64,000 nucleotides of DNA from Raillietiella orientalis. Lineage: Eukaryota. Positions 1 to 12,100 of this stretch are shown piece by piece. The notes below the pieces were generated by a model that worked only from the letters and a program-made list of their open reading frames with translations, was not told where the DNA came from and ran no database searches. Both the position numbers and the translations under genes were made by a program. Location: the NCBI GenBank assembly GCA_036172245.1, contig JAYWIR010000030.1, forward strand, positions 930,001 through 994,000, given 5' to 3'. The number at the start of each line of letters is the position of its first letter. Position 1 is the stretch's first letter.

Positions 1-1139
1 AACCCCGCGTGTCTTCCATCCAGCCCCCAAGATGCATGCCGTGGGGAAGGAAAGACCAGAAGCAGGGACGCGGGTATAGCAAAAGACTCTTCGTCAAAAG
101 GGTGTCTCCTGCTCCGAGATGTTTGGAGACGCGGAGAAGGAAAGATGGAATTGGAACGGGACGCCCTTGTTCGGTTCCTCAGGAGGGTTACACCGCTTTC
201 CCTCGTTCAAACTGCTTGTGTCCCAGGTCTGAAGCCAGTCCTCCGGTCTGCCAATGCGTGGAAGGGTGCTCAGCTCTGGTGCCTTCCTCCCCTCCCCCTC
301 TCCCCTTCTCCATGAGCCTGAAGATAACGGTGCTTTTATGCAAAAAAGAGGACGGGGTGCAGGCGAACGGATGCTTGCGATCCGCAAAAACGAAATTTTC
401 TCGTAGGCGGGGCATTCTCAAGAGAAAGGGTTGCAGGGTGCTCCTCCCGTCGCAGGTGCGGTGCCAGATGCAACAGCTTTTTGCCTTCGTGATGGTCGCT
501 CGCGCGGCGTTCGCTGCAGGTTACTGGAAAGACGAACGGCGGCGGCGGAGGAAGAAACGAAAACGAAATCCCGCTTAACGGGAAAATCCGAAGCACACTG
601 ACCCCATAGCACTCCGAAATGCCTGCCTCCGCGTTGACCTGTTCTGGAATTTTCATGCATCTCTGGTTCGAGCCCGAGCCGTCCTAGCATTTTCATTCGC
701 GCTTGCGCTCCCCGCCACCACGATGGCGTCCGCATACGTAGTGCTGCTTGCTGACAGCGAATTTGGAACGACCTCCTGCAGAAGAAGATCATTCTGGGAG
801 TTTCGAACCGAGGACGGCAATGCAGCACATCCGCGACGTTGTCCCGAGGAACAGAAGGAATGCCGTTCAGGATTCAGCAGCCTCAGCGGATGCTTGACCT
901 CCAAGCGAACTCGTGCAATGCGTATGCATTAAATCGTAACAACAACAAAAAAAAAAAGAAAGAAAGAAGGAAAGAAAAGAAAAATCGAGACGCTCTGCTA
1001 GTTCTAAGCGAATAAGCAACTGTTCTTTTTCAAAGGGACATTCAAGGACATTCAGGGGAGTTTACCGTTAGTTTCCTCAGCCACATTCCGATTTTCTGAA
1101 ACCTACGAGGGATCGCAAGGAAGGAGGAACCATGCAGGT

Positions 1140-1140
<1 letters not shown>

Positions 1141-1167
<27 letters not shown>
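1141..1167. repeat. (CA)n microsatellite
   Basis: Perfect CA run. Confidence 0.95.
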
Positions 1168-1170
<3 letters not shown>

Positions 1171-2292
1171 CGTGTTTACACTGAATGAATCGTCGCAACC
1201 GGTACACGGATGTGGAAGATTTCGGTTGGACAGAGCGTTTGGCAACGGACATCCGAAAAATCTTGTCAACGCTGGCGCACTCAGTCACACAATTCTGCTC
1301 TCACCTGAGTTGAACACCGGCCTGCCGAGGATCCTGAGTATGAAGGAAAGAGAAATCCAGAAGACGAACTGGTTTGCCATCTCCGGCCCCCGTGTTTCGG
1401 CTTGACGTGTAAGATCTCTCAGCTGGTGAACTTCTCACCTGCTGGAAGCCACCGAAGATGATTTCCGCTGTCCTCTCATCATTTGGATGACTTGTTCTCC
1501 TTTCGGGTGTGTCTGCCGAGGCAACTGGACTTCCAGCGCGCCACGGCGGTGGGGCGGGTCGAACTTTCTGTCGCACTCTGTCAGGTGCCCACTTCCTGGG
1601 TCAGAATCAGGCTTCCTATTTTGAGAACGTTGCACATGTTTCGAGAACGGGAAGAGTTTCGTCGGCGTACGCGAGGGACGTATGGTTTGATTTCGAATTT
1701 CTTCTGGTGATCGCCGTCGACGAGGCGTTTGTTCAAAGCGGAAACGAAAAGGCCGAAACGGACTGCCGAGTTCCCGTTCCTTTTGCAGCCTGCCGCCGTA
1801 TCCCTCTGAGCACAGATCGCGGAGTGCCGAACATTTCACGACATGGGGAAAAGAAATCGAACCGCACCGCTTGGCAGTTTTTTTTCTCTTTCTTTCTTTT
1901 GCTCGTTCTGGAGAGACTTTCAGTCCACGGACTCGCAAGGAGTGTTTCAATGATGGAAAGTGACCACCTGAAAGGCGAGGGGAAATGGATGCTTAGGGAA
2001 CGGGTTGCGGAGAAATCCCCAAGCGTAGGAGGAAACGCCTCGCATCAGGCGATCGTGGAGCAGCGGTCGCATCCACAGATCAAGCTTGGCGTCTGTTTTA
2101 ATGAGATCGAGCGGAGCCACGTCAGATGAGACGTCTTGCCCCCGCATATCGGAACACATATTCAAAGTGATGCTACTGGATGCTTATACAGTGGGCGTTC
2201 GACGTGGTCACCTCCGCTTGGAACCGAAATCTCAAAAATGCTGCTGTCTCCATAGGATGCTGTGGATCGTACGGAGACGGGTAGCCAAAATA

Positions 2293-2315
2293 ACACACAC
2301 ACACACACACACACA
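2293..2315. repeat. (AC)n microsatellite
   Basis: Perfect AC run. Confidence 0.95.
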
Positions 2316-3183
2316 GAAATTTTGGCTACTGAAGTGAAGGAAACCTAATCGCTGAACAGTAACACGAATTCACATAATCAACCGAACGAATTTGGCAACA
2401 CTGCAAGAGTAAAAATGATGATACTGTATGGTGATACAAAATTTCATCCAAACTTCTTCACGATTGCTTTTTCCCGTATCCTTCCCAGGAGAAGAACATC
2501 ACGAACGGGAAGGGGCAGACGCTTTCTGACCACTCCATAGCTGAGCTGCATGAGTGGTCAGTCACTTTGTCAAATTTCAGAAACTTCCTCACTCTCATCT
2601 CCATAGGAGCGTCCCTACTGGTGTCCAGATCATCATGAACGCGATTTCATCCGTTTTCCCCGTTTCTCTCTCATTCCATAATCTCCGAGCTGCTACATTT
2701 CCTCTCTTGTTACGGAACTGTATCGTTTTGCGATGGGTGCGTCATCTTCATCAGTAAAATAGCCGATCGGTAAATTCAACCTCAGCTTCTTCTTCAGCTG
2801 ATGGATGCAAATGCTGAAAAGCATTTACAACAGCGCTCTTTGGAATTTCATTCCACGACTCTGTCGCCACCTAACCCACGTCTTGCAGTGTGATGCTGTT
2901 TCGAGGTGCGGATGTGGAACAGCTAGCAAATCTCTCTTGTTTTTCCCCATCTTTAACGCGGTTGACACAAAGTTCCTTCTGTCGAATGGCAGAGAACTGA
3001 AAATGTTGATGACTCCATCAAGGGTTGCTCATGTCAAAAGTTTCTTCTGTCAAAGGCGAATGTGTCTAATGTGCACTGAATGAATAAATGATGCCACGGC
3101 ATCTCATTTGAGGGTAAGGACAGCCAATCTCTGAGACTGATAATCGGGGAATATCGTTCTCCCTTGCAGAACGTCCCTCAGCC

Positions 3184-3452
3184 CCGCGTCTCCCGGACTG
3201 TCTTCCGCGGAAAGTCGATAAGTGTCCCGTGAAAAATTATGAAGGTGAACCCATTTCAAATGCTGGGCTGAAACGCTGAAAGGCGTTCGAAACTCAGGCG
3301 CTCCTCACTTTGTGTGTCATCAGCCTCCCACGTTTACTTGCTCAACTTATGGATCATTAATATCCACCTACCCTATAAAGGAACCAAGGTATCCCGTTGG
3401 AATTCCAGGATTTGTGAAGCGTTCCGTCATGGGAAAAGTTGGGGAAACGCCG
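3184..3452. mobile_element. older, diverged copy of the same hAT MITE
   Basis: ccgttggaattccaggatttgtgaagcgttccgtcatgggaaaagttggggaaacgccg matches the right end of the 43720-44017 element. Left TIR and TSD are degenerate. Confidence 0.7.
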
Positions 3453-4599
3453 CCTTAATCTACTGCTGGGAAAAATTCGGTTGTCAACCGAAAGAGTTAC
3501 CCAGCAGACTCTGCATCCGCTTCCGATGCCTTCGGCGCAAAGCTGCAAAAGAGCAAGCAAAAGAAAATTTTCAAATGACCTTCCCGCACTCATGATGGAA
3601 TGGGTTCCCTATCATAGGCAGCCTTCGGGATGATCAGATGATGCTGAGAGGAAACTTCGAAACGGGGAGATTAGCGTGTCATCCGCGTTGCCAGGGAAAT
3701 AAGCGTTCGGACACGGTAGGATGTAAGCAGGATGGATCCCCGACACGAAGGACTTCGTCGGGAGCGCCCACCGTCCTCGACCTCGCCAGCAGAAGTCAAT
3801 CAAGTCGGCGTAAGAAACCATCTGGGAGGCGGGAGTCTCGTGAAACCTCAGAAGACATTCCAAGCTCAGGATCGCAGCGAATTTCCTGTGATGGATTGTA
3901 GGGACAACTGAAGGATCCGGCCGAGCGGGCGTGGGGTCGACTACAGCCTGCAAAGGACCGGGAAACGCGCGCGGTTTGATGCAAATCTCTGCAGAGTAGC
4001 AGCATGCTGGCCACTTCAGGGACGAAAGCCGTCAAAAACAAAAGCACTGTTATCTCCGTGTACCAGTTCTTTGTGTACGGAAAGAGGACGTGGAATCCAC
4101 AAATCTGGGTAAACGCCGGGCAGACATGTTGACGCGTTGCCATGGAGGAAGGAAATTTTGCCTGAAAAACAGTAAACGAGCAGAAGGTAGCTGCAGGCAT
4201 TTTTCAACAGTACAAGCGCGGGGGAGGAGGGAGGGAGGGGCTTCGATTAGTAGAATCCCAACCTCGGAAGATACCAGATCTATTCGAAACGGGATTTCTG
4301 GGCTGAGAGAATTCAGAGGTTGGGGAAGAGTTCATGCGACAGCTGCTCCGGATCATCCGGCAGGAAAAGATGGAGCCTTCCCGACAACAGAAGGCGTACT
4401 ACTCATGCTGAATGAAGAGAAGCAGAATCTGTAGAAACTCGTGTAATGGACGGAAGAAAGGGGCTCTTTTCTCTCTCACTCTCTACGGGGGAGACATACG
4501 GGAACGAGTCGCGTATCCCGGGGGACACTTCTCACCCCTTCGCCTCCCTGTGTGCGGCCATACCACGCTGAAAGCGCCGCCTCTCTTCCGATCGGAGAA

Positions 4600-5110
4600 G
4601 TGAAGCGGCGTCGGGCCTGGTTCCGTAGTTGGATGGGAGACGGTCTGGGAACCCCGGGTGCTGTGGACAGCCTTTCGGCCCCGGCGTGAGTGGGCGCCAA
4701 GCCCCGGCAGCCTCTCGCGACCCTCGACCGGCTGCAGACTGCGGAAAGCTGCGGACGGAAGGCGGGCGGAACGGGAAGCGACCCCGGCGATCTCCATGCG
4801 GCAGGCGGAGGACGCGTCGCTTCGAGGCCGACTGAGTGCCGAGCGCTCGCGGCAAGAAGAAGCCGTGGCGGCGACCTCGCATCTTCCTGGACGCCGGTTC
4901 CGCCGCGGCGCGCCTCCTCCGTCCGCTGCGAGCCGAGCCGGAACGCGCCGGTCGGGAGAGAGGCCCCGGGAAATGGCGGAGGGATTACGGTGGTCCGGTC
5001 CGCCCCGTTCCGGGGACGGCGCTCGCGCGCGCGACGTCGGTCGAGCATTTCCGCCTCCGCTTTCGCGCCGGCGTTCAGTCCACTCCGTTCACGGCCGGGG
5101 ATGGGAGGTG
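4600..5110 (+). promoter_or_regulatory. candidate masquerade core promoter: CpG-dense tract followed by initiator-like TCAGTC (5075-5080)
   Basis: Arthropod Inr consensus TCAKTY lies about 1 kb upstream of the first coding exon, at the end of a very GC/CpG-rich stretch. No clean TATA or DPE seen. Confidence 0.25.
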
Positions 5111-6085
5111 AACCCGGGAAAAAGCGTACGTGACATGACCACAGATTTATTCCGCCGGAGATTCTCGAGAAGATCACGAAGTGTAGGACAGACGAAGGCG
5201 TTGACCTCTGCGAGTCGCGCGGTGGTGCAACGATTCAGCCGTTCCGTTATTTCTATTACCGTAATATCTGGAGTGCAAGAAACTTTGAGATACAAAAAAC
5301 AGATAACAATAGGAGCGAGCGGGCCTGCCTGCATCCCGGGCTCCGTTCCAAAAACTGCAGAATCTCTCTGGGCAAAGAGGGCAGCGGCAAGATCAAGAAT
5401 CTCACTGCGCTTTCCGGAGGACCATGACGACGGCAGCGGGAAAAGGAAAAAGAAAAGAACAACACGGCAGAGGGGAAGGACGAGCGAGAGGGGGGGAAGG
5501 AGGAGGAGGGAATTCTTTTTTTTTTTTGGTTCCCGAGGACGCCTTGCTAACGCCGGGAGCAGAACGCAAGCAGAATCCCGCCGCCTCCAGCGCGACTGCG
5601 CAGTACGCTCTGAAAACCGACAACAAAGTGGTCGGATTCCTGCTGATCAGGGAGGAGGAAGCTCTTCCTGGAGCCCGTTCTCACCCCCAGCGCTTATAAA
5701 TTCCGGTCTCCTGGAGTTTGTTCCGCCACTCGAGCCGAGGACCACGCTTGGCAAATGCGCTGCGGAGGGCCGCCGCCGCGCCAGGTTTCTTTCCTCTGCC
5801 TTTCTGCGTAAAGGCGCAAGGCTCGCACGCCCGTCCGTGTGCCCAGTGACGTCACCGCGAATAACAATCTACATAACGTGGGTCAATTTCCCCCAGCATG
5901 GTACCGTGCACTACCTGTGAACTTGGTGTTTCTGGTGCTGCATGGAACAAAGTCAGTGACATTGCGAATCCTCGCTAACCTTCTTCCCCCCTTCGAGACC
6001 CCGGAAGAAAACAGCACACGCGCGCGAATCTGGGAAAAAAAAGTCAGGATTTGCAGATGAAATCGGACGTACGGATCTCATCGAC

Positions 6086-6185
6086 ATGATGCTGAGCTTC
6101 AAGAGCATCTTCCCAACGACCAGAGTCGTCTGGCTGTGGCTTCTTCTCCCTTTGGTTCGGGCGCAGTACTCATCCTTCTTCACGG
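6086..6185 (+). CDS. mas: masquerade coding exon 1 (signal peptide [34 protein letters not shown])
   Basis: Hydrophobic N-terminus with a VRA|Q cleavage-like site. Donor G|gtaagt at 6186 is phase 1, matching the next exon. Upstream ttgcag acceptor at 6051-6056. Confidence 0.75.
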
Positions 6186-9100
6186 GTAAGTTCCCATGCG
6201 CGACTTTGCTCGGTGATCCCCCAAATGAAGCGGGAAGACGAGGAAGACGCGGTACGCTTTTAAACATGCGTTCACACACACACGTTTACGTCCGTAGCAT
6301 CTGAGCATCCGCTGTGTACGTAAGGGGGTGTTCATCTGAGGGTGGACACTCGAGAAGGAAAAGGCGGAGGGTGCGCTTGACCGTCTGTTGTTTTGCGGAG
6401 TGAGCGTCGAGGAAGCCGAAAGTGCTCCAGAGAGCTTCAGGGAATGGCCATGTTTTGTCCGAAATTTCGTTCTCGGAAGATCGTAAGGCGCGATCCAGCT
6501 GGCAGGGCCGTCGTTTGCTGCAAAGATGCGGGCGGCACGGAACACTTCTTCTGGGACCGCTTCCTCCTCTCGGAAGGAACGGATCCGTGTCGGGGTCTCA
6601 ACGAAACGATCCTTGGACACGTTCCGCTGGAACAGAGGACGGATGCCGATCAAAAAAGACAGGGCGGCAACTTTCTTGTTCACCGGGGAGTCTCTGGTGC
6701 TTCAAGGCTGATGACGTTCCTTTCTCGCGCTGAATTCTCGCTGCCTTCGAGTGGGACTCCCCTTTTGCCGCGGGCAGCTTCCCTCAACTCGATGGAGCAA
6801 CCGTGTTCTTCATGCACACGAATGAGGTGTTCGTCTGAGATTTCGTTCCGTTCGATGCGTGTTCATGGAAGGGCATTCATGTGTTTTGGAGTAAAACGAT
6901 CAGAAACATCTGGAATTCACGCTCGCAACATCGAGTGCTGCGTGCAGAGGTCATGCAGGTCACTTTATGTAGTGCCAGTGTTGGATTCCTAGGAAATCCC
7001 GACAGCCGTGCACCTCTTCGCTGGGCAGAACATCCGTTGCGGCATGAAAGGTGTGCGTGTTGCAGCCTCCCCTTTGGCCGACAATTTTGGAGATTTCCAG
7101 CGAGAAACGAGGTCTGTCTCATGGAAGGCGAAGCCTTGGAGGAGTCGGTCCTCGTCGTCGGCATCCGATTGGCTGAGCGCAGGGAGGCTGGCTTCAATCG
7201 GATCAGATATCCTTGGTCCGCTTTGTGAGGCATCTTTTGTTCGAAGGAGGGCGAAGATGGGAACCGCGGCGAAGAAAAGAGATCCAGCAGAATTCGGGTT
7301 TCCACGGAGCACGACGATGCCTCGAACGGTTGCCGCGGATTTCAGGAAGGGTGGAGTTCGGGGTTGTACCTGGTCCTGCGCACTTGATCCCTTTTTAGAT
7401 GCGACCGCGAGTTCACGAGTTCATTCGGCGCTGATTCCAAGTGACCACGGTGCAGACGGTCGCTGCGTGCTCTCCGTTTCATCCGGCTGGTATCCGGGGG
7501 AAACGCGCTCCGAAGCAGACATGCGTCCGCCGCATTTTGACTTTGCGTCTCGCCGCCACTTGGACGTCCGCCGCAAACGTTAGCTGCGCGCTGCGTAGCA
7601 GCGGCTCCCGCGGATGGCACGCTGGCGCCACGTGGTGGGAATCCCGAAACTCAAGGACCCTCGCAACCGAATTCCCTGGCAGAAACAGGAACCTGCGAAG
7701 AGAAAGAACTGCTTTCAAAGGAGAATGAGTCGAGGGGGCAGTCGAAGAGGAACGTGACCTTGGACTTGATAAAGGACCTCCAGTGTCCCACGGCGTGAAA
7801 GAAAACAGCAACGGGATTTTCAGCCACGCCCGCAACCGGAAATTCTGCCGTATTCACTTAGACAGCTGGGGAAAAAAAAAAGAAAAAAAGCTCAGGGGTT
7901 CGTCAGCACTGGGAAAGAATGCACAAAGTCATTGCGAACCATTTCTGCCATCATTATACTGATGACCGTGTACGAATCGTCTCTTTCTTTGCATCATCAC
8001 CGTCGCATTGCAGTTGAACGGCTTCCCTTTCCTTGTAAACGTCCTGCGATAATCCCAAGCGGTCGTCACTCGAGCAGAGTCGACAGGATTCGCAGAATTC
8101 CTCTAAACTTCCGCATTCTCTTCCCAATTTTCCCCTCTCTTCCCTTCTTCCCCTTCAAACCACCGGATCCTTTTCTCGTCGATGTGTTTCATCCATGAAA
8201 ACTCTGCCTCCCATGTCGAGGTTCTCTCGAACATGCAGGTCAGTGACTGGCCATTTGGTTTTCCGGGTTTCAATTGGTTTCCCTGTCCGGGTGGATGACC
8301 TTTGCTTCTTCTCACCTTCCTGGAGAACATGTCTATCTCTCCTCTTCGTTTCGACTTCCGAATTTTCCCCGTCTTTCCCAGCATCCGCTAAATATCCTGC
8401 ACCGCTTCGTTTCCGAGTGTTCAGCGCCTATCTCGTGGTTCAGAGGTGTCTCCGTCGGTTATGATCACACAGCTCTGTCTGCGCTCATCTGTTTAGAGCT
8501 TACAGTTCATGAGCAAGCACTTCTGGCAGTTTTGTTTTTTCCTCGCATCTTGGTGAGAGGGCATCGTTGCCACGGTTGCATCTCTTCGCCGAAGTACCTC
8601 CGGACAGAGGTGGACGGGATGAGAACGTTGGCGAAGTGCGCACGATGCTTTTCTCCTCCCTCAAGCATGCAGCCGGAAGGTCTCATTTCGATCGACGCCT
8701 ATCGGATGCTTTACTCCTCCTCTTGAAGCTGTTTTCCCTCGTGATGCGAATCCCTCCGGCAATTCAGCGGTGCAGCAATTCGCTGCCGCGCGGCCGTGTG
8801 AGTACCACCACTTGAGCTGCTGCGTCTCTCTCCCAGTTTCTTTCTCGATTTGGCCACTCAAACGGGCACGCTTGTTGTTGCGCCACCGAACGACGGAAGA
8901 GGCTACCAGCCATCTGCCTGCGTCAGCCTGCCGGTAGCTAAGGGTCGCATTCGCCGCTGTTGCCATCCAAACACCCGAGTTGAGATGCAGTTCAAGTTGC
9001 TTTCTTCCTCGAACGCGAGGTCGCGTGTTCTTACGATCGGGGGTCCTTTGTTACCAAGGAAGCACGCACTGCTACCCAGGAAGGGATGATTCTTTCTCTT

Positions 9101-12100
9101 TTCAGGGTTGCTGGACTCGCTGACGACTGAGCCCAACAACACCCAATGTCCTGGAACGTGCTACAATGTTCTGTTGGCGTTCGGGTGCGACTACGTGTTG
9201 GACGGTCCCAATTTCAGCTGCGGAGACAAGAACTACCGGTGCTGCGTGACCAACAAGATGTACAACAACCTGATGAACAGCAGCATCTCCCAAACCACCT
9301 CTCAGGACGTGGAGCCCACAACCAAAAGCTCAAGAATTACGACCGCACTCACCTCCGAGTCAACACGTTGGTCCGAAGACGAGGAAACACCGAGCGATCT
9401 CAAGCGTTCGTATTCCATGTTCCATTGGTTTCATCCGCCACCGATCCCGTTTCCTGTTGCCGCCCGCGCCAGCATGCTTTCCGGGAAGATGAGGTTTCCG
9501 CCAAACCCTTCATGTTTTCCCTCCTTTCCTCCCTATCATCTCTTGGTCACCTTTCTCGTTATCTTGAGCGGAAAGCGCTCAGCATGAAGGTCGAAATGAG
9601 GGCATTGGAAGAGCATTGGCAAGTGCTGGTTGCTTTCAGTAATTCAGAAAAGTGGGCGGATGGGGATGAGAATCAGAGTTCTCGTTGGGCATCGTAGGCA
9701 AAACTCAAATGGGAGCCATAGGTTTCGCCTATTCTTCATTGGATGGATCCCCGTTCTCTCTCTACCTTGGAGCAACGGTAAACAAACCATCAAGCCGCTA
9801 CAATACACCAGACATCACTCGTGTGTCCTTGGTCGGCAAAGGAGACCTCCCCATTCTCCTGGTGGGATTCTGAAATCAAGGGTGTTTTCGCTGTCGAGTT
9901 GGACGAGTCACTCATCACTGCGAGGATCGTCTTCCGACCCGGCGCCAAGCCCTTTGCTGGCGCTGGTTTTGATCTCTGGGTTTGATTGCGGAAGATGCAC
10001 GTCGCGTTAACCGGGAAAAAGAAAGAACACCAGCTGAAAGACTGTTCCTGTTTTGAGCCAAATGATAGTTCATGAAACCGCTCACAGTTTTCCTTGAAGC
10101 CGACCATACTCACGCAACAAATTTCCCATTCCTGGCGCTCAATAAAAAGGGAGACCCTCTTACTTTCGGAATCGCTTTCAGTTTGCTTTGGTCCGAAAAT
10201 CGGCAAACTCTCAACTTCCATCGGTGAAACCAACTTGGGAAGAAAGGGGGAACCGGCCGACGCTTGTGAAGAGTAGGCAGCAGTCACTCTGAAAGAAGTT
10301 ATTTTACATCCGTGAAAGACGCAATGCATATCTCCAGGAAGTTCGCGCTTGCCCACTCTTCACTTCCAGCCCGAAGTTTTCTTTTCAGCGATTTGCCTTG
10401 GAGACGGCTCTAAACTCTGAATTGGGCTTCGAGCTTGGCGCTTGTTCGGATCTTTAACACTCGAGGGCGATGGTTGAGCCAGAGAACCGGAAACGTCTCC
10501 TGGCCTGTCTTTCGTGATTTTCGTGGCGCAGCTCCGAGTGCACAGCAGATGCAGCATCGCCTGCCATTAACGCTTTGCTTCTTCTTGCAGAGACTTCGAA
10601 ATGTCCTGGAGTTTGCGTGTCCCCGGGGATCGCTAACTACTGCGAAGCCATACTGGATCTGGAATCTCTGTGTCGGAAAAACCTGGAGTGCTGCGTGACG
10701 AAGGACACTCTCTCGTCCACACTGTCGCAGAGGACGAAGGTGCAGAGCCATACCCGCCGCCTCAGCTCCACGACAGCTCCTCCGACCACCGCGCGCACCG
10801 AAAGAGTGCAGTCGCAGCTCAACGAAGTCAGATCGACGACCGCCGCCCCCCTTCCTAGCCTCAGCTCAAAAGCTTGCCCTGGGTCATGTGTCACAGGCCT
10901 GTTCTCCTTCCTATGTGACGACATCGACGAGGACGCCTACTGTCCCGGAGAGAACAAGTGTTGCGTGGCAAAGGAGCACACGGGAGCCGAGTTTCAAGAT
11001 ACGGTGGCTCCAATACCATCGACCCCTTGCCATGGATATTGCATTCCAGAACATCAGCATCCTTACTGTGTTAAACCTGCCAGGATAAGGACTGACCTAT
11101 TTTGCGAGGGGAACCTGAAGTGCTGCCAGTCTGACAACCTGGTGATTAATCAAGCTGATCACAGCAGCAGCACGGGAGAAGGAAACCTGCTGGACAGTCC
11201 GCTCGATGCCAACAAGAACGCGGAACAATCCGTGCCAAACAGGAACGTCCCGCATCGAGTGACCACGAAAATTCCTCAGAGGACAAAGAAGCGTCCTTCA
11301 AAACCTAATCAATCGCCTTCAGGAATTCCTGGAACTTTGCAAACTTTGGCGAATCTGTTTGTGGGCAATGCTGCCAGCCAGCTCTTCGGAAGTGGTCAGC
11401 AGAAACCCCAGCCCCCTAGACCTCACAGGAGAACGACCGTCGTGCCGCGGACTCGCAAAACCACCACCACGACCCCGAGGCCGCCACCGGTTTTGGAAGA
11501 CCAGCGGCCGAACTGCCCAGGAAGCTGCATCTCGGAAATGCTGTCGTTCACGTGCTTCGGTAATCATTTTAGCTTCGTCCCTGTCGCACGAGTCCCGCAT
11601 CATTCGCTGATGTCCCCCGTCGGACCCGCTAATCCGATACGCATTCAAATACACCCTGCCCTGCCGAGCGGACCTCGGGCCTTGTTCACCGGGGAAGGTC
11701 ACATCTGTAGGGAATCCGATCGATCATTTCCGCGGTCGCGTCCCGATCGAATTCTGATGACTGATTCCCCCCCTCCGCGTCCCGCTGCCGCTCGAGGACG
11801 CGCGTTCCACCGCAGGACGATTATCCGTGTTCTGCTTCCACGCCGAGCTGAAGCTCGTTGCAGCCTCCTTGTTTACTGAAGGCCCCCAGGGCACCGTTAA
11901 CAACCCTTCCGGATCCCGCTGAACGCTGATTGGATCCCGTCATGCCGTTCGTCGAGCGGAAACGGCAGCGACGGCGGGCGAGGTTGCGCTTTCGCCGACC
12001 GCGCCCATTTGGCTCGACGGCCGTGGGCGCATCTGGGCGCCCGACGAGACTGGACTGTTTGCGTTCCGGGTCTCCGGTGAAGCTGCATCTCCGTCCCGGT

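Noticed and set aside
4658..5920. 420-aa plus-strand ORF upstream of mas
   Set aside because: Arg-rich translation of CpG-rich promoter/UTR DNA that crosses poly-T and purine tracts. No protein-like features.
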